From: Antedon mediterranea
Lineage: Eukaryota; Animalia; Echinodermata
Direction: 5' to 3'
Length of the DNA stretch: 64,000 nucleotides
Assembly (NCBI RefSeq): GCF_964355755.1
Contig: NC_092679.1
Location: 23,853,432-23,917,431, forward strand
Each line of letters starts with the position of its first letter. Position 1 is the stretch's first letter. Of the stretch, positions 1 through 12,783 are shown piece by piece. The notes under the pieces are model-generated. The model made no database searches and was not told the origin of the DNA. It saw only the letters and a list, made by a program, of their open reading frames with translations. The translations under genes and the position numbers were made by a program.

Positions 1-1165
1 AGATAAAATAAACATTTTATGACAACATAAAAAAAAGTAAAAGCTAAGCAATCAAATGGGAAATTGACAATAAATTCAGTTGTAAGCAGGTTGATTTATA
101 GAATGGATTTATAGAAAATATACAGAAGGTATCTGGATTCGCTGCCAACATAGCGTAACATAGCTCCCGGCTGGTTATCGACAGAGTAAGTTTACAAGAT
201 TTTGTAAATATAAGAGTCACATCAGGCTTCTTATTTAACTGTATTGGTGCGCTCGAATTTTGTTAGGAGGTCAGTGCCACAATATTATTATCGATAATTA
301 ATGTATAGGCTCATTAATCTTTTTAATAAGAGGTCAAGGCCGATGTTACCGTCACAATTTTGGGACAATCATGGGAGACTATAAAAGAAACCTATCATTT
401 ACTATTTAGGATACGTTATCTTTTTTCCTCCGATTTATTTGTGAATTAACAAGTTCATATACAAAGCTGCAGTCGCGTGGTCAAGTTAGTGTTTACCGCC
501 CGACCAACCGACCGAACGGCCTACCAAACGACCAACATAGTGAGCTGTTGCACGCGACTAAAAAGGTACTGTAAGCTTTCCATTCTGCCTTAGTTTACCA
601 TGTAAAATATTTGGATTAATATTACAATTTGTATTATATAATTCATTTCAATTAATTTAATATTCTTATGTATTTTTACATATATTTGTTTTCGAAACCA
701 TTTTAAATAATAATGATAGTAACATTATTTTTCACAATCACATAATAATAACTAAATTATTTGAAATTGATACCTTTAATATTATCCTTTCCAAAAATAA
801 TAGTTTTATTGTTCAATATACGGTGCAACATAAATACTATTAGGCCTACTAATAATAATGCCATTTTATGACAATTATATAACATAATTGACAAATAATA
901 TCATCACTTAAATTCGTTTCTTTTGATTTATTCAAATCAATTTTTAGACAATAAGCCTACAATTAATCTCCAACAATAACTTATTAATTAAAACATTCTT
1001 AAATGTGTTACCTTTTCCTGAATGATATACTTTTTTTTTATTTTAACCATGTTTTATAAATGACAAACATTGCTAAAGTTATTACTTTAACAATAATATT
1101 AATATACAACCCATGTTCATTTACAAGACTTTAAGCTATCTATGCTATGTTTTACTGCTAAACTA
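1..1165 (+). repeat. Local segmental duplication, copy A (paralogous to ~9696-10691 and ~13571-15497)
   Basis: 1-~640 matches 13571-14180 almost base for base (agataaaataaacattttatgacaacata...). ~640-1165 matches ~10165-10691. Confidence 0.9.
448..564 (-). mobile_element. Helentron/DINE-1-like short non-autonomous element, family H1
   Basis: On + it reads AACAAG...AGTCGCGTG...(GACC/AACC)n...GCACGCGACT-AAAAA: subterminal inverted repeats, a tetranucleotide microsatellite and a T-run end on -. Other copies at 8409, 9722, 13987 and 55477. Confidence 0.6.
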
Positions 1166-2738
1166 TCTATATATAAATTTACGTAAGGGCAAAATTCGGT
1201 AAATCGCGCGTTATTTCTAGAATGTTTACTCGATGGTATATAAAGTTGTTTCGTACTTTCGGTACTGATTTTAACCACCTGATGTAAACCCTGTTTACTA
1301 ATTAAATTGAGTTCGATAATTAGTTATGGACAATTAAAACGAATTTAGGTTCAACGAATTGCCCCAAATAGGGGTGTTTTTCGATCGTGGTATACACTGT
1401 CTAATGGATTTCCATCTTGAAAAATACCCGCAGACAATAATACGAGGATGCTTCGCATTTTCCTATCTCCTCCTACGATAATTGTTTTCAATGGCTGGAA
1501 ACCGGTTGAACAGCTTGAGTACAGCATCATAATGCTGAAGACAGGCCGATTTTCTTGAAAAAATACTTTTTTTATAGATTTAATATACGTTTATACAAAT
1601 GTATTGATTTGCGATGAATGGAACATTCCAATCTCTGTTCCACAAGTGTCTATTCCATCAGGCGTCGTAAAGGCAAGTACTGTATACTAGTAACAGAAAT
1701 TCGATCCATTTTTTTTTCAATCTGTACGGCAGAGGTTGGATATAAATTTTTTTAAACGGATAATGAGCTAGCGTTTTCACTCGCTGTATATTATGTTCAC
1801 ATCTTTATTATTGCAGTTAAACCACCCACATCATCACCCTTCCCTCACTGAGTAGCGTTGTAAAACCAGTAGAGGATAGGCCTACGGTACATCACATGCC
1901 CTAAACGCAGAACAACTTTGGTGGGTAGGGTAGGAACCAACTTAAGTATGAATTGGCTCTAAGTAACAATTGAAAACCATTAGGCCTACTAATTAAGTTG
2001 AGTTAGATAATTTAATATTTATTGACGATTAAATCGAATTTATGATTTTTCCCGAATAGAGGTGATTTTCACAAATTGTTTTACATTATATAAACATATA
2101 CACGTCGTAGTGATGTATCGTTACATGTACTGTACTCTTTCAATCGACTATGACGGTGATAGTTTCAACTAAGTATTAAATCGCAATGTTTTACTGTGTT
2201 TAGTGGTATATTATTTGTAAAACATGAAAACAATTAATATTTCGTTACTAAATGGATAAAGAATATATTTAAAAATTGTTCCTCTTTGCACCCATCCTCT
2301 TCCCCATCCCTCAACCCTAATGTTACATACAAAACACAAATTAAGTTTGTTTAAATTTGACTTAAACAATTGGTCTCATTTTGTGACAAGTTTCTCTTTC
2401 GGAAGTAATTCCCAGGGTACTAATTTTACAGTACATAAATCAAAGTGTCTATTTAATTGTATTATTGTCCTGCGGTAGGTACATTTGAAATCGCCAGTTT
2501 TTTTAACGCTGAAATTATTATGTATTCGAGAACCATCTGTGGGCACGACTTGTCGTACGGTGGTTAAAATAAGCGCTTAATTTCACCCATGCCTCGGGTT
2601 ATAAATTGAGCGTTGTTCGTACTTGAAATATTTAACCGCTTAAATGCTTAATCGACGAATCACAAACCGGAAATTACGTTTTAAGGTCAGTTGTCTTTAC
2701 AACCTACGACCCCATTTTCGCACGCTAGTTTCGTGTAA

Positions 2739-4847
2739 AGGCTGGTTTCCTGTCGACGTAAGAACATCACTTTTGTTGCGACTACGTCGATTTGTCGTAA
2801 GAAATGCGGATTTTACAGGAAACCGATTACGATCAAAAATTTACAAAATCGACGCAACGTAAGAAAAATGGTAACGACAAACGATTTTACAGGAAACCGA
2901 TGACCTAACAATTGTTGCGTTACGACGTTTTCTTCCAATTTTACAGGAAACCGGGATTTTTGATCTTACGCTTGAATGAACGCCCTTGCGTCACGTTTCT
3001 TACGTCTCTTACGAAAGTTGACTTGAAGTCAACTTTCGCAAGAGACGTAAGCGCAATCGTAACAAGCAACCAATGAGCGACAAGAGTTATGACGTAATGT
3101 GTATGTCCTTATAGTGAAATAAAGCCGGACAATAACATTTGTATGTATTTACTACTATAATTTTAGCCCACTTTACGATGTTGTAGGCCTACATACTTTA
3201 CAAATGCACAGTAGTTTCAATATAGGCATAATAATGTTCTAATCAGGGAGTTTATCGTTTAATTTTCATGTAAATGAGGTAGCAAACAGTATTTCTAGAA
3301 TAATTGGTGTCTTAAACAAAGTGAAGTCTATGTTATCAAGTAACATCTTGTTAACGGTATACAATGCACTTATATTACCTAGAATAACGTATGCTATCAC
3401 AGTATGGGGTGCTACTTCTGCTACAAAACAAATTTAAACCGTATACATATTCTCCAGAAAAAAGCACTTAGAAATATTTGTCATGTTCTTTTTATGCATC
3501 CTTCTCATCCACTTTTTATTTCGACCCAAACATTAAATATTTTTGACCTTTATACGAAACACACTGCTATATTTATGTATCAATATAAACATAATCTATT
3601 ACCTGAATCATTTAATAACTTATTTAGTACATCTGCCTCATTCCATAATTACTCAACTAGAAACAGGTCAAACTACTGTCCACAACTAAAACGCACCAAA
3701 GTCGGACAGCAATGTATTTCCTACCAAGGAACACATATTTAGAACAATTTAACAGACTATATAAAACAATCCCCCACTTTAAGTTTGTTTAAACAGAGAT
3801 TAAAGCAATATTATAACAATAGAAATATTTAAGTTAAGTAAATCACATTATGTTATTTTGGTTTGTTTTTTTTGTTTGTACTAATTGTTTGATCTTTTTG
3901 TTAGGGTTACATGCTTAAAGCACTTGTGCTTATTTTGTATCCCATTCCATTATCTTATTATTTGTATTGTATTTGTATATGTTTTTATATTGATTATGGA
4001 ATAAAAATGTCGATGAATTGAATTGAATTGGTTTACAACTCATATCAAAATATAATACTCTTATTTATGGACGTGCAATAAACAATCAGCATCGGTAGAA
4101 ACGTCGCGAAAATCAACATTTGCAACAAGATAAGATATAGAAAGCCCCTTTGTAAGCAATATAATATTATTATGTAACTTTAAAAAAAAATTGTTTGCTT
4201 GATTTTGTATAATTTATATTGTTTTGTTAAATTTATTCTTATTATAGGCCTGTAAATAATGGGTATCTTACTGTGGTTAGTACTATGCTTATAGGGAGGC
4301 CCATAGGCCAATGCTTAGCCTAGGTCCTAGGTAGGTCTAATAATAATAGGCTAGGACCTAGGCTAGTTTGATTATTTGGTCAAATCCAATTCCTATTAGT
4401 ACAGTATTAATTAAGTATTTTACTAATACTAGGGCCTAGCCTACTGAAAATAATATGTTGGTGTGCTGCACTGACACTGCTGCTGAGTAGCTACAGGTAC
4501 AATAACATTCAACATTTTCGCGCGAATAATGATAAAACCCGCTCTAAAAAGAAACACCAATCAGAGATGTTGTTTCAAATACGTCATAAATCCGACCGAC
4601 GTAAGAAAAAAATTTCAACTTTCGTAACAACACTAAAATCGACGTAAGCATACGACGTGTGTTTCACAGCCAAAATTTCAACTTTCGGGAGCAGCATAAC
4701 TACAGATGTTTCTATGCGGCCCGACACGATCTTGACTAAGGTCAACGACGTCAAGTTTTTCTCAACTTTCGTAAGAGACGTAAGAAACGTATGAAACGCA
4801 AGAATCGTTGCAAAATTCGACTTCTTACGTCGACAGGAAACCAGCCT
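2739..4847. mobile_element. PIF/Harbinger-like non-autonomous DNA transposon
   Basis: 26-bp TIR AGGCTGGTTTCCTGTCGACGTAAGAA / TTCTTACGTCGACAGGAAACCAGCCT, TAA on both sides (2736-2738, 4848-4850), and subterminal short repeats (ttacaggaaaccg, tcaactttcg). Confidence 0.85.
3247..4030 (+). mobile_element. 5'-truncated CR1/L2-group (Crack-like) LINE, 3' end of ORF2 plus 3' UTR
   Basis: Frameshifted translation HVNEVANSISRIIGVLNKVK...YNALILPRITYAITVWG / LNRIHILQKKALRNI...HNYSTRN, typical of the ORF2 C-terminus. Ends in a (GAATT)n tail. Confidence 0.85.
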
Positions 4848-4851
4848 TAAT

Positions 4852-4980
4852 AGAGAGCTTTCGCTATCTCGGATCGGGAACGAGAACCAGCATTAATTAC
4901 CGGTTCTCGATCTCGTACTCGTTCAAAAAACCCTTACTTTCTCGGCGGCTCGTTCCCGATCGAGATAGCGAAAGCTCTCT
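4852..4980. mobile_element. Palindromic ~130-bp MITE
   Basis: TIRs AGAGAGCTTTCGCTATCTCG(G)ATCGGGAACGAG / CTCGTTCCCGATCGAGATAGCGAAAGCTCTCT, flanked by AT on both sides. Confidence 0.8.
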
Positions 4981-5589
4981 ATTATATTTTTTACACGCGA
5001 TCTTTCTTTACAATAACAATTACTTGTTACCTTTTACACTGCTTATCCTTGCGACAAACCTTATGCCTCTTAACGCCGATAATCCTGCCGAAATATGCCT
5101 TCTCCTGACGACCATTATTTTACTCATTGACGAAGAATTTGAGCCCAATGTTACACGACGGAAACACCACCGACCAGCTAGGCCTACTAAGCGGTCTACA
5201 CCAACAAGGACAGCACCAGCTGACGATCGCTCTCGAAGCGTGTATGGAAGAGCTTCGTAGGAGAAATGACGGGCCTAGGCAGCGAACGTTTGTCAAAATT
5301 TGACACATTGCCTCTATCGGAGATTTATTAATCCTCGAAGGCCGAGTATAATTGGATTATCGCTGAAATAACCTGCAAATTTGGTGAACATTTTGCCTCG
5401 AATTTTTTGTAGCCTGAGCTGAGCTGAGGCAAAAGTTAATTGGATCACGCGAACGGAAATCGGGAATAAGCTGGTATTTTCAACCCCTACGAACAGGCCC
5501 ATATGGTACGCGAGCGAAGCGAGCGTACCATCTAGTTTAAAATGCACAATATTAATGATTTTTTTCATTGTCTTTTCAACAATTCTCTC

Positions 5590-8408
5590 ATTTCGCTTAT
5601 TCATAGACCGACACGCATCACCGAACATTCCGCTACCCTAATTGACAACATTTTCACTAATGATCTTGAATCGACATCAGTTCAAATAAACCGAGTAAGC
5701 GAGTAATCAATACCAATCTTAAATTTAGAAATACTAGTAAACACAATATCCTTTATTTTCGTAATGATTTATCAAATTTTCCATGGAATGATGTCGTGAG
5801 TACGCAAGACACAAATCTGGCATATGACACATTTATTAATAATTTTACCACCTTATATAGTAAACACTTTCCTTTAATTGAACCATCCAAAGCTAAAGTT
5901 AAAAACTTAAACCATGGATAACCGATGGACTTTTGACCTAGATTTTGTACAAACAGAAACTTTATTCTAAAAGTCTACGCCATCCAACACTTTCTAATAT
6001 ATCCAAATATAAGCGTTATCGAAATAAATTAAACAACCTTTTCAAAACTGCTAAATTGGATTACTTTTGTGAAACTTTTACTAAGCTTAAGTTCAATATC
6101 AAGGCCACCTGGCGTGTCATCAATTCTCTTCTTAAGTCAAATAAAAATGCACCTGCCGATATTGAACTTTTAGCTGATGGAAAATTAATAAAAGAACCTT
6201 TAATCTATTCAATGACCACTTTACAAATATTGGACCCAACCTTGCTGGAAAAATAAACAATGACTCTGATAAAACTTTTCATCACTTCTTACATCCCCCT
6301 ATTCCTAACTCAATTTTTCTTTCACCTGTAACCGAACAAGAAGTGCACAAAATCACAAATAGATTTCAATGTACTTCTGTTAACAATCATACCTCTGATC
6401 TTAAGCCCATTACCTGTGGTGTTCCCCAAGGGTCCTTGCTTGGCCCTCTTTTATTTCTAATTTACATCAATGATTTACCAAACGCCTCATATCCTTACCT
6501 TTTATCTTTATGCAGATGACACGACTTTATTTTATAAAAGTGTTAACTTTCAATCAATTTTTCATACTTTTAACCAAGAATTAATTAATATTAATGATTA
6601 TTTTAATGTGAATAAACTTTCAATAAACCTAAGTAAATGCAACTTTATGTTGTTTGGAATACGTCATCAAAAACTGACCGACGAGTCTCATAAAATTCTG
6701 ATTGGTGATCAAGTAATTCCCCATGTTAAGCAAACCAAATTTTTAGGTGTTTTAATTGACCAAGAGCTAAATTTTAAAAATCATATAAAAGAAATTGAAT
6801 TAAAAATTTCTAAAAACATTGGCATACTTTATCGTCTTTCTTCCTTTTTACCGTCTCAAATTTTACGCAATATTTACTGTTCCTTTATTCTTCCTTTTAT
6901 TAGTTACTGTAACATTGTATGGGCCAATAATTACCCCTCAAATCTTAATAAAATACACGTCCTTCAAAAGAAAGCTGTTCGTCTTATCTCGGGTAACTCA
7001 CGTCTTGCTCATACTAATATCCTTTTTTATAACCTTAAACTCTTAACTGTGCACGATATTAATAAACTCCAACAATGCATTTTCGTTTATGAACATATTA
7101 ATTCCAAACTGCCTTCTAACTTTTCCTGTAATTTTTTAACTAACTCTGAAATCCATTCGTATAACACAAGAGCATCACGGGACCTTCAGCTTCCTCAACC
7201 TAAACTAACTAAAATGAAACAATGCTCTTGTCTTATCTCATATTGACTATTGTTGTTCTCTCTGGGGCTCACGGGCACCACTCGTTGCTAAAGTCCAGAA
7301 ACTTCAAAATAGAGCTAAAAGAGTTATCTTGAAAGTTCACCCTCATACCCCATCCCACCTTATTGATAACACCATTTCTATCTCATCCGTTTCTCAACTT
7401 TATCAGTTTCAACTTGGTTGTCTCGCCTATCGGGCTTCCATCAATACCGTTCCGGATTACATCAGTCGCATGTTACCCAGGACTCATCCCGGAGGTCGAC
7501 CTACTACCAGATCCATCTCTTATTGTAATTATATTATTCCTCGACCTTCTTTAGAGATTTTTAAACAATGTTTCAGTTATAAAGCGCCTATGTATTTTAT
7601 ATGATTCCTAAAATCATTCGACAATCTGAAAATGTTATTTCCTTTAAACGTGAACTTAAACAATTTATTTCCAGTTAATATTGTTCGTATGTATATATAT
7701 ATATATTTTTATCTGTCAACGATTTTAACTTTTATATGAATTTTATATTATCATTGTAAATTTTTAAGCCTTTAATATATTTTATGTCATTTGAATATTT
7801 AATATTTTATGTGTTGTACTGTATGTTTGTTTTATCGAGGGCCCTGAATGATCAGTTCTATTAGGAACTGGATAGGCTACCCTCAGTAAATATGGTAATA
7901 AATAAATAAATAAACATAACATTCGCTATAGTGGTTCTAAACTATTCAATAATCTACCTCCCGAAATTTCATCATCGTCTTCTAGCAAAATGTTCTCTTT
8001 TAAACTTAAAAAATATCTTATTTCAAATTATAACTAATTGTTTTCTCTATTTTGTAATATTTTTTTAACTTTAGAAACTTTTTCGAAATTGCTTCCTTTA
8101 CGGTTGGTGTGTGTGTATGTGTAGTTATATGTTTACAGTTATATATATAAGTATATAATCTTCTTACATGGCTTCCCAACATACAAGTTTCAATTGGATT
8201 TTTGTTTCCAATTGATCGATACTTTCTTTTTTGCCTCTTTCATTTTGTATATAACTGAATCATCTTTTTTTTTTATACATTATGATTTACTGTATTATAT
8301 CTCTAAAAAAAATTTTTTATATATAAAATATCAGAAATTATAATGTTTTTTACTCAAATATGAATGAAAGAAATAAATGTTTATTTGAATTGAATTGAAT
8401 TGAATTGA
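5590..8408 (+). mobile_element. Decayed CR1/L2-group LINE (APE C-terminus and RT), internally deleted
   Basis: IHRPTRITEHSATLIDNIFTN (end of APE domain, ~5600-5660), [22 protein letters not shown] and YADDTTL (RT). Frameshifts, a large deletion near 6360 and a (TTGAA)n tail at 8385-8408. Confidence 0.92.
7222..7911 (+). mobile_element. Second LINE 3' fragment nested inside the LINE above
   Basis: Separate ORF2 C-terminal remnant (...DYCCSLWG...IFKQCFSYKAP) with an (AATA)n tail. AAACA is duplicated at 7217-7221 and 7912-7916. Removing the insert restores the host frame KMKHNIRYSG. Confidence 0.8.
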
Positions 8409-8480
8409 TACCGGACCGACAGACCGACCGACCGACCGACCGACATAGTGAACTATAGAGTCGCTTCCACGCGACTAAAA
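8409..8480 (-). mobile_element. Helentron/DINE-1-like family H1, partial copy
   Basis: (GACC)n-acatagtgaactatag-AGTCGCttccaCGCGACT-AAAAA. Confidence 0.55.
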
Positions 8481-10691
8481 AACATGTGCCAATTCATAGC
8501 CTAATCCACTAATGTGCAAACATAACGCCGTTATATGTAAAAGAAATTCTACAAATTTGCAAATCATTTACTTTAACGAAAAGCAGTTTAGCATTAGGAA
8601 AATAATATAGATACATGTTATTACAAATTTTTACTAGCATTTTTTAAATAAATGTATGCATAACAGATTTAATGAACTTTGTTTTCATTAAATACTGAAA
8701 ATTGAGTACAGTATTGGCACAAGGAAATCCCTTATGTAATTATACGATTTTTACTCACACCAGGCTTAAAATTTGAAGAATGTAATATGCTGGTATGTCA
8801 TTTAAAAATTATAGTTTATCATTTTTGTTATATCCAGTGGATTATTAATCACGTGGGCTATGCTGCAAATTTTATCATCGACATAATTTTAATCATTGCT
8901 AAAATATGCGTAAACGGCGTTTCATACGAGGTTGTTAATCCGCTTTTGACTTGAGTCCAAAGTTGGAGCACTGCTTTTTTGAATGGTTTTTTGGTTTTAC
9001 CATTCGGCAATAATTTACGATTAAAGCTTATTTTTATATAGTTGTTTTTCCATATAATTATACTGTTTTGTATTTGTTGAATGGAGAGAATGTCTCCTGT
9101 GTGTACTTCCTTTTAGTAAAAAACTGCAAACATAATTGTTATGATACACAATTAATAAATAATTAAACTTAAATTATACATGTTATAAATTAATTAATAT
9201 TAATTTAATTAGATGTAAATAAAAAACAAATCTAATCAGAAACACGGTTTGTTCTATATAAACTGTGGTAGTTTCTTATCATGTTATATTAAATTAATTA
9301 TGATGAAATTGACCTATACAACAAAACAAAACCCAATAATGTTTTAATAATTGTTTAAGGGAGTATTTATTATTTTTGTATGCTTATTAGATCTATATAC
9401 TATTATTTCGATGTATAGTAATCATTGTACTATATAACTAGAACCAAGACAATCAATTGACTTACAATAATGATTCTACATATTATATAACTTATATAAC
9501 TAGTAACTTGTATAACAGTTTGTTTAAACTGCGGGTATGTCTTATAGAATGAATGGGCTTGTTACCGTGTCACCTGGCATGAAACCATTGTCCTCACGTT
9601 TACTATAAGACGTATCTGTGTCAGTAATTCTATAAAGTGAAGATCAAACAATAGTAAATATATTAAACTGGAAACTCACTTATCAAGGAAATACAGATAA
9701 AATAAACATTTTATGACAACATGCTCAAGTTAGTGTTTACCGCCCGACCCACCGACTGAACGGCCGACCAACCGACCAACATAGTGAGCTAAAAAGGTAC
9801 TGTAAGTTTCCATTCTGTCTAGTGACCATGTAACATATTGGATTAATATTACAATGTGTATTATAGAATAAGAAATCAAATTGCGATTGTGCTACAATAT
9901 TAACAGATTTAAAGCTAAGTACGTTAGGCATTTATGGTAATTTTAACATTATAACAATTTTAATATGTTTTATAACGTGTATATCATTTTAATATCATTA
10001 TTTGCGATCGTTTTAACTCTCATAATAATTTTATACTGTTTGTACTGCACCTATGTACGCCTATGTGCAACTCTAAACAATTTTTTATTAGATATCTGGC
10101 GCATTGTACGGTACATGCTTTTATTTTGTATCTGTTTGTTGTTTGACCAAGGATCATTTTATTCAATATTCATTTCAATTTATTTAATATTCTTATGTAT
10201 GTTTACATATTTTGTTTTCGAAACCATTTTAAATATTAATGATAGTAAAATTATTTTTCACAATCACATAATAATAACTAAATTCTTAGAAATTGATACC
10301 TTTAATATTATTATCCTTTCCAAAAATAATAGTTTTATTGTTCAATATACAGTGCAACATAAATACTATTACTAATAATAATGCCATTTTATGACAATTA
10401 AATAACATAATTGACAAATAATATCATCACTTAAATTCGTTTCTTTTGATTTATTCAAATCCATTTTTAGACAATAAGCCTACAATTAATCTCCAACAAT
10501 AACATAACAATTAATTAAAACATTCTTAAATGTGCTACCTTTTCCTGAATGATATACTTTTTTTTATTTTAACCATCTTTTATAAATGACAAACATTGCT
10601 AAAGTTATTACTTTAACAATAATATTACAATACAACCCATGTTCATTTACAAGACTTTAAGCTATCTATGCTATGTTTTACTGCTAAACTA
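8481..10691 (+). repeat. Local segmental duplication, copy B
   Basis: 8481-8676 matches 13322-13517. 9649-10180 matches 13524-15490 apart from a deletion and the Helitron insertion. 10165-10691 matches 640-1165. Confidence 0.88.
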
Positions 10692-12034
10692 TCTATATAT
10701 AAATTTACGTAAGGGCAAAATTCGGTAAATCGCGCGTTATTTCTAGAATGTTTACTCGATGGTGTATAAAGTTGGTTCGTACTTTCGGTACTGATTTTAA
10801 CCACCTGATGTAACCCTGTTAACTAATTAAATTGAGTTCAATAATTAGTTATTGACGATTAAAACAAATTTAGGTTCAACGATTTGCCCCAAATAGGTGT
10901 GTTTTCAGATCGTGGTATACACTGTCTAATGGATGTCCGTCTTGAAAAATACCCGCCACAAAAATGCGAGGAGGCTTCGCATTTTCCGATCTCTTCCTAC
11001 GATAATTGTTTTTAAGAGCTGAAAACCGGTTGAACAGCTAGAGTACAGCATCATATTGTTGAAGACAGGCCGATTTTCTTTAAAAAATACTATTTTGATA
11101 GATTTAATATACGATTATACAAATGTATTGATTTGCGATGAATGGAACATCTCAATCTCTAAGTTTGGTTTAACACAAGTAGGTAAATTGATGAGTCCTT
11201 GGTTTAACACATACCGGTACGGTATATAAATATATGGGCCCTTTGAGAATAAACTTGCAATACTTTGACAGTACTGTACTGTAAATACCTATTAACTGTT
11301 TTTGGTCCTCATTTGAATCGAACATTTCTTACTGTGAATGTTCGTACTGTTAGATGTAATATAAAAATATATACAAATAAACTTTATTACTGAGATTGTG
11401 GATAGGCTCTACTGTTAGATATATAAACACATTATTATATACAAATAAACTTTATACTGACAGTTCCTTCTCAACGTTTGTATTAATTAATAATTACCAA
11501 TAATATAAACGTCGTAGTGGTGTATCGTGACATGTACTTTAATATTTCAATCGATTATGACAGTGACAGTTTTAACAAAGTATTAAATCGCAAATGTTTT
11601 ACTGTATTTAAAGGTATATTATTTATAGGCCTATAAAACATGAAAAAAATATTTCGTTACTGAGTGGATAAAGAATATATTTAAAAATTGTTCCTCTTTG
11701 TACCTATCCGCTTTCCCATCCCTCAACCCTAATGTTACATACAAAACACAAATTAGGTTTCTTTAAATGAGTCCAAATCAAAAATGTTGACTCATTTGTG
11801 ATAAGTTTCTCCTTCGGAAGTAATTGAATTCTCAGGGTGCTAATTTTAGCTGACTACATAAATCATCGTGTCTATTTATTCGTTTCTGTAAAAGACAATG
11901 TATTATTATAGTCCTGCGGTACGTATTGTACATTTGAAATCGCCAGTTTTGTTACGCTGAAATGACTGTGTATTCGAGAACCATCTGTGGGCACGACCTA
12001 GATGGTACGCGAGCGAAGCGAGCGTACCATCTAG
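10692..12034 (+). mobile_element. Non-autonomous Helitron, complete short copy
   Basis: A|TC 5' end, CTAG|T 3' end, terminal hairpin CTAGATGGTACGC-11 nt-GCGTACCATCTAG (11998-12034), no TSD. Confidence 0.92.
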
Positions 12035-12253
12035 TTTATGTAATTTATTAACAATCCTTGGACTTGTTCCAAGTAAAAGTGAGTATAACTTGATGACACT
12101 GTATGTCAACCATAAACGTCGTTGTTGAAAACATCATCATTAAACATTGTTGCATCCGACTCGAATAGGCTTCCTCGAACATTAAAAATCATGGAGGAGT
12201 TTAAATCCATCATATGGTTCATGCCTTACTATGTATATAGGAGCATATTCTAA

Positions 12254-12400
12254 AGCTTTGTCTACACTATCACATTTTTTGTGACAAAAACATGTGATGC
12301 GCCCTTATATGGACATGATGATGTCATATCACTACGGTATCATTATTTAGGCACATTAAACTTGTTTTTGTCAAACTAGTTTGATAGTGTAAACAGAGCT
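12254..12400. mobile_element. MITE family M1 (PIF/Harbinger-like, TWA flanks)
   Basis: TIR AGCTYTGTCTACACTATCA; six copies in the window. Confidence 0.85.
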
Positions 12401-12632
12401 TTAAGCTTGGTTTCCACTAAGCGCAACTCAAGCTTTCTTCTCTCTTTTGTGGGAATTGCCCGTACCACATACATTTTTTATTTTCTACCATATCATCATA
12501 TTTATGTATTGTGCATTATATCATACAGATATTGGCTGCCTAAAAGTGTTAAATAACATTTGATATTCTTTGAGATAATTATATTTTTTAAAGCAAAAAA
12601 CAATCAATGAGTATGTATTTACATAAAAAGAA

Positions 12633-12783
12633 TTTTTATTTATTTATTTTATGTCTTTAGGCAATGTGGCCAAGGATTACCAATAGTGAATTAATCACTG
12701 TCCTATCAGATAGGTGGTAATCCCCCTGATACAGGGGCTATTGTGTGAACCAGTTCACCGGGGTAACCCCCTACTCTTTGAAT
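12633..12783 (-). mobile_element. SINE 3' fragment (Meta-domain-like core)
   Basis: The minus strand reads ...AAAGAGTAGGGGGTTACCCCGGTG... and ends in an (AAAT)n-like tail. The family assignment is from recalled motif similarity only. Confidence 0.45.

Larger units (their letters stand above)
1166..5535 (+). mobile_element. Non-autonomous Helitron, long/composite copy carrying nested insertions
   Basis: Starts A|TCTATATATAAATTTACG. It is colinear with the other copies to ~2549, has extra sequence after that, and ends with the family 3' terminus ggtacgcgagcgaagcgagcgtaccatCTAG|T at 5535. Confidence 0.7.

Noticed and set aside
4808-5260. 150-aa ORF
   Set aside because: It starts at TTG within a TIR and runs across two transposon junctions and a palindromic MITE, so it is a chance read-through.
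6470-7246. 258-aa RT ORF as an active retroelement or domesticated gene
   Set aside because: It is frameshifted from the upstream RT motifs, much of the RT is deleted near 6360, and it is interrupted by another LINE.
9965-10375. Hydrophobic 136-aa ORF, with a paralog at 15301-15495
   Set aside because: AT-rich low-complexity translation; the frame is not preserved between the duplicated copies.
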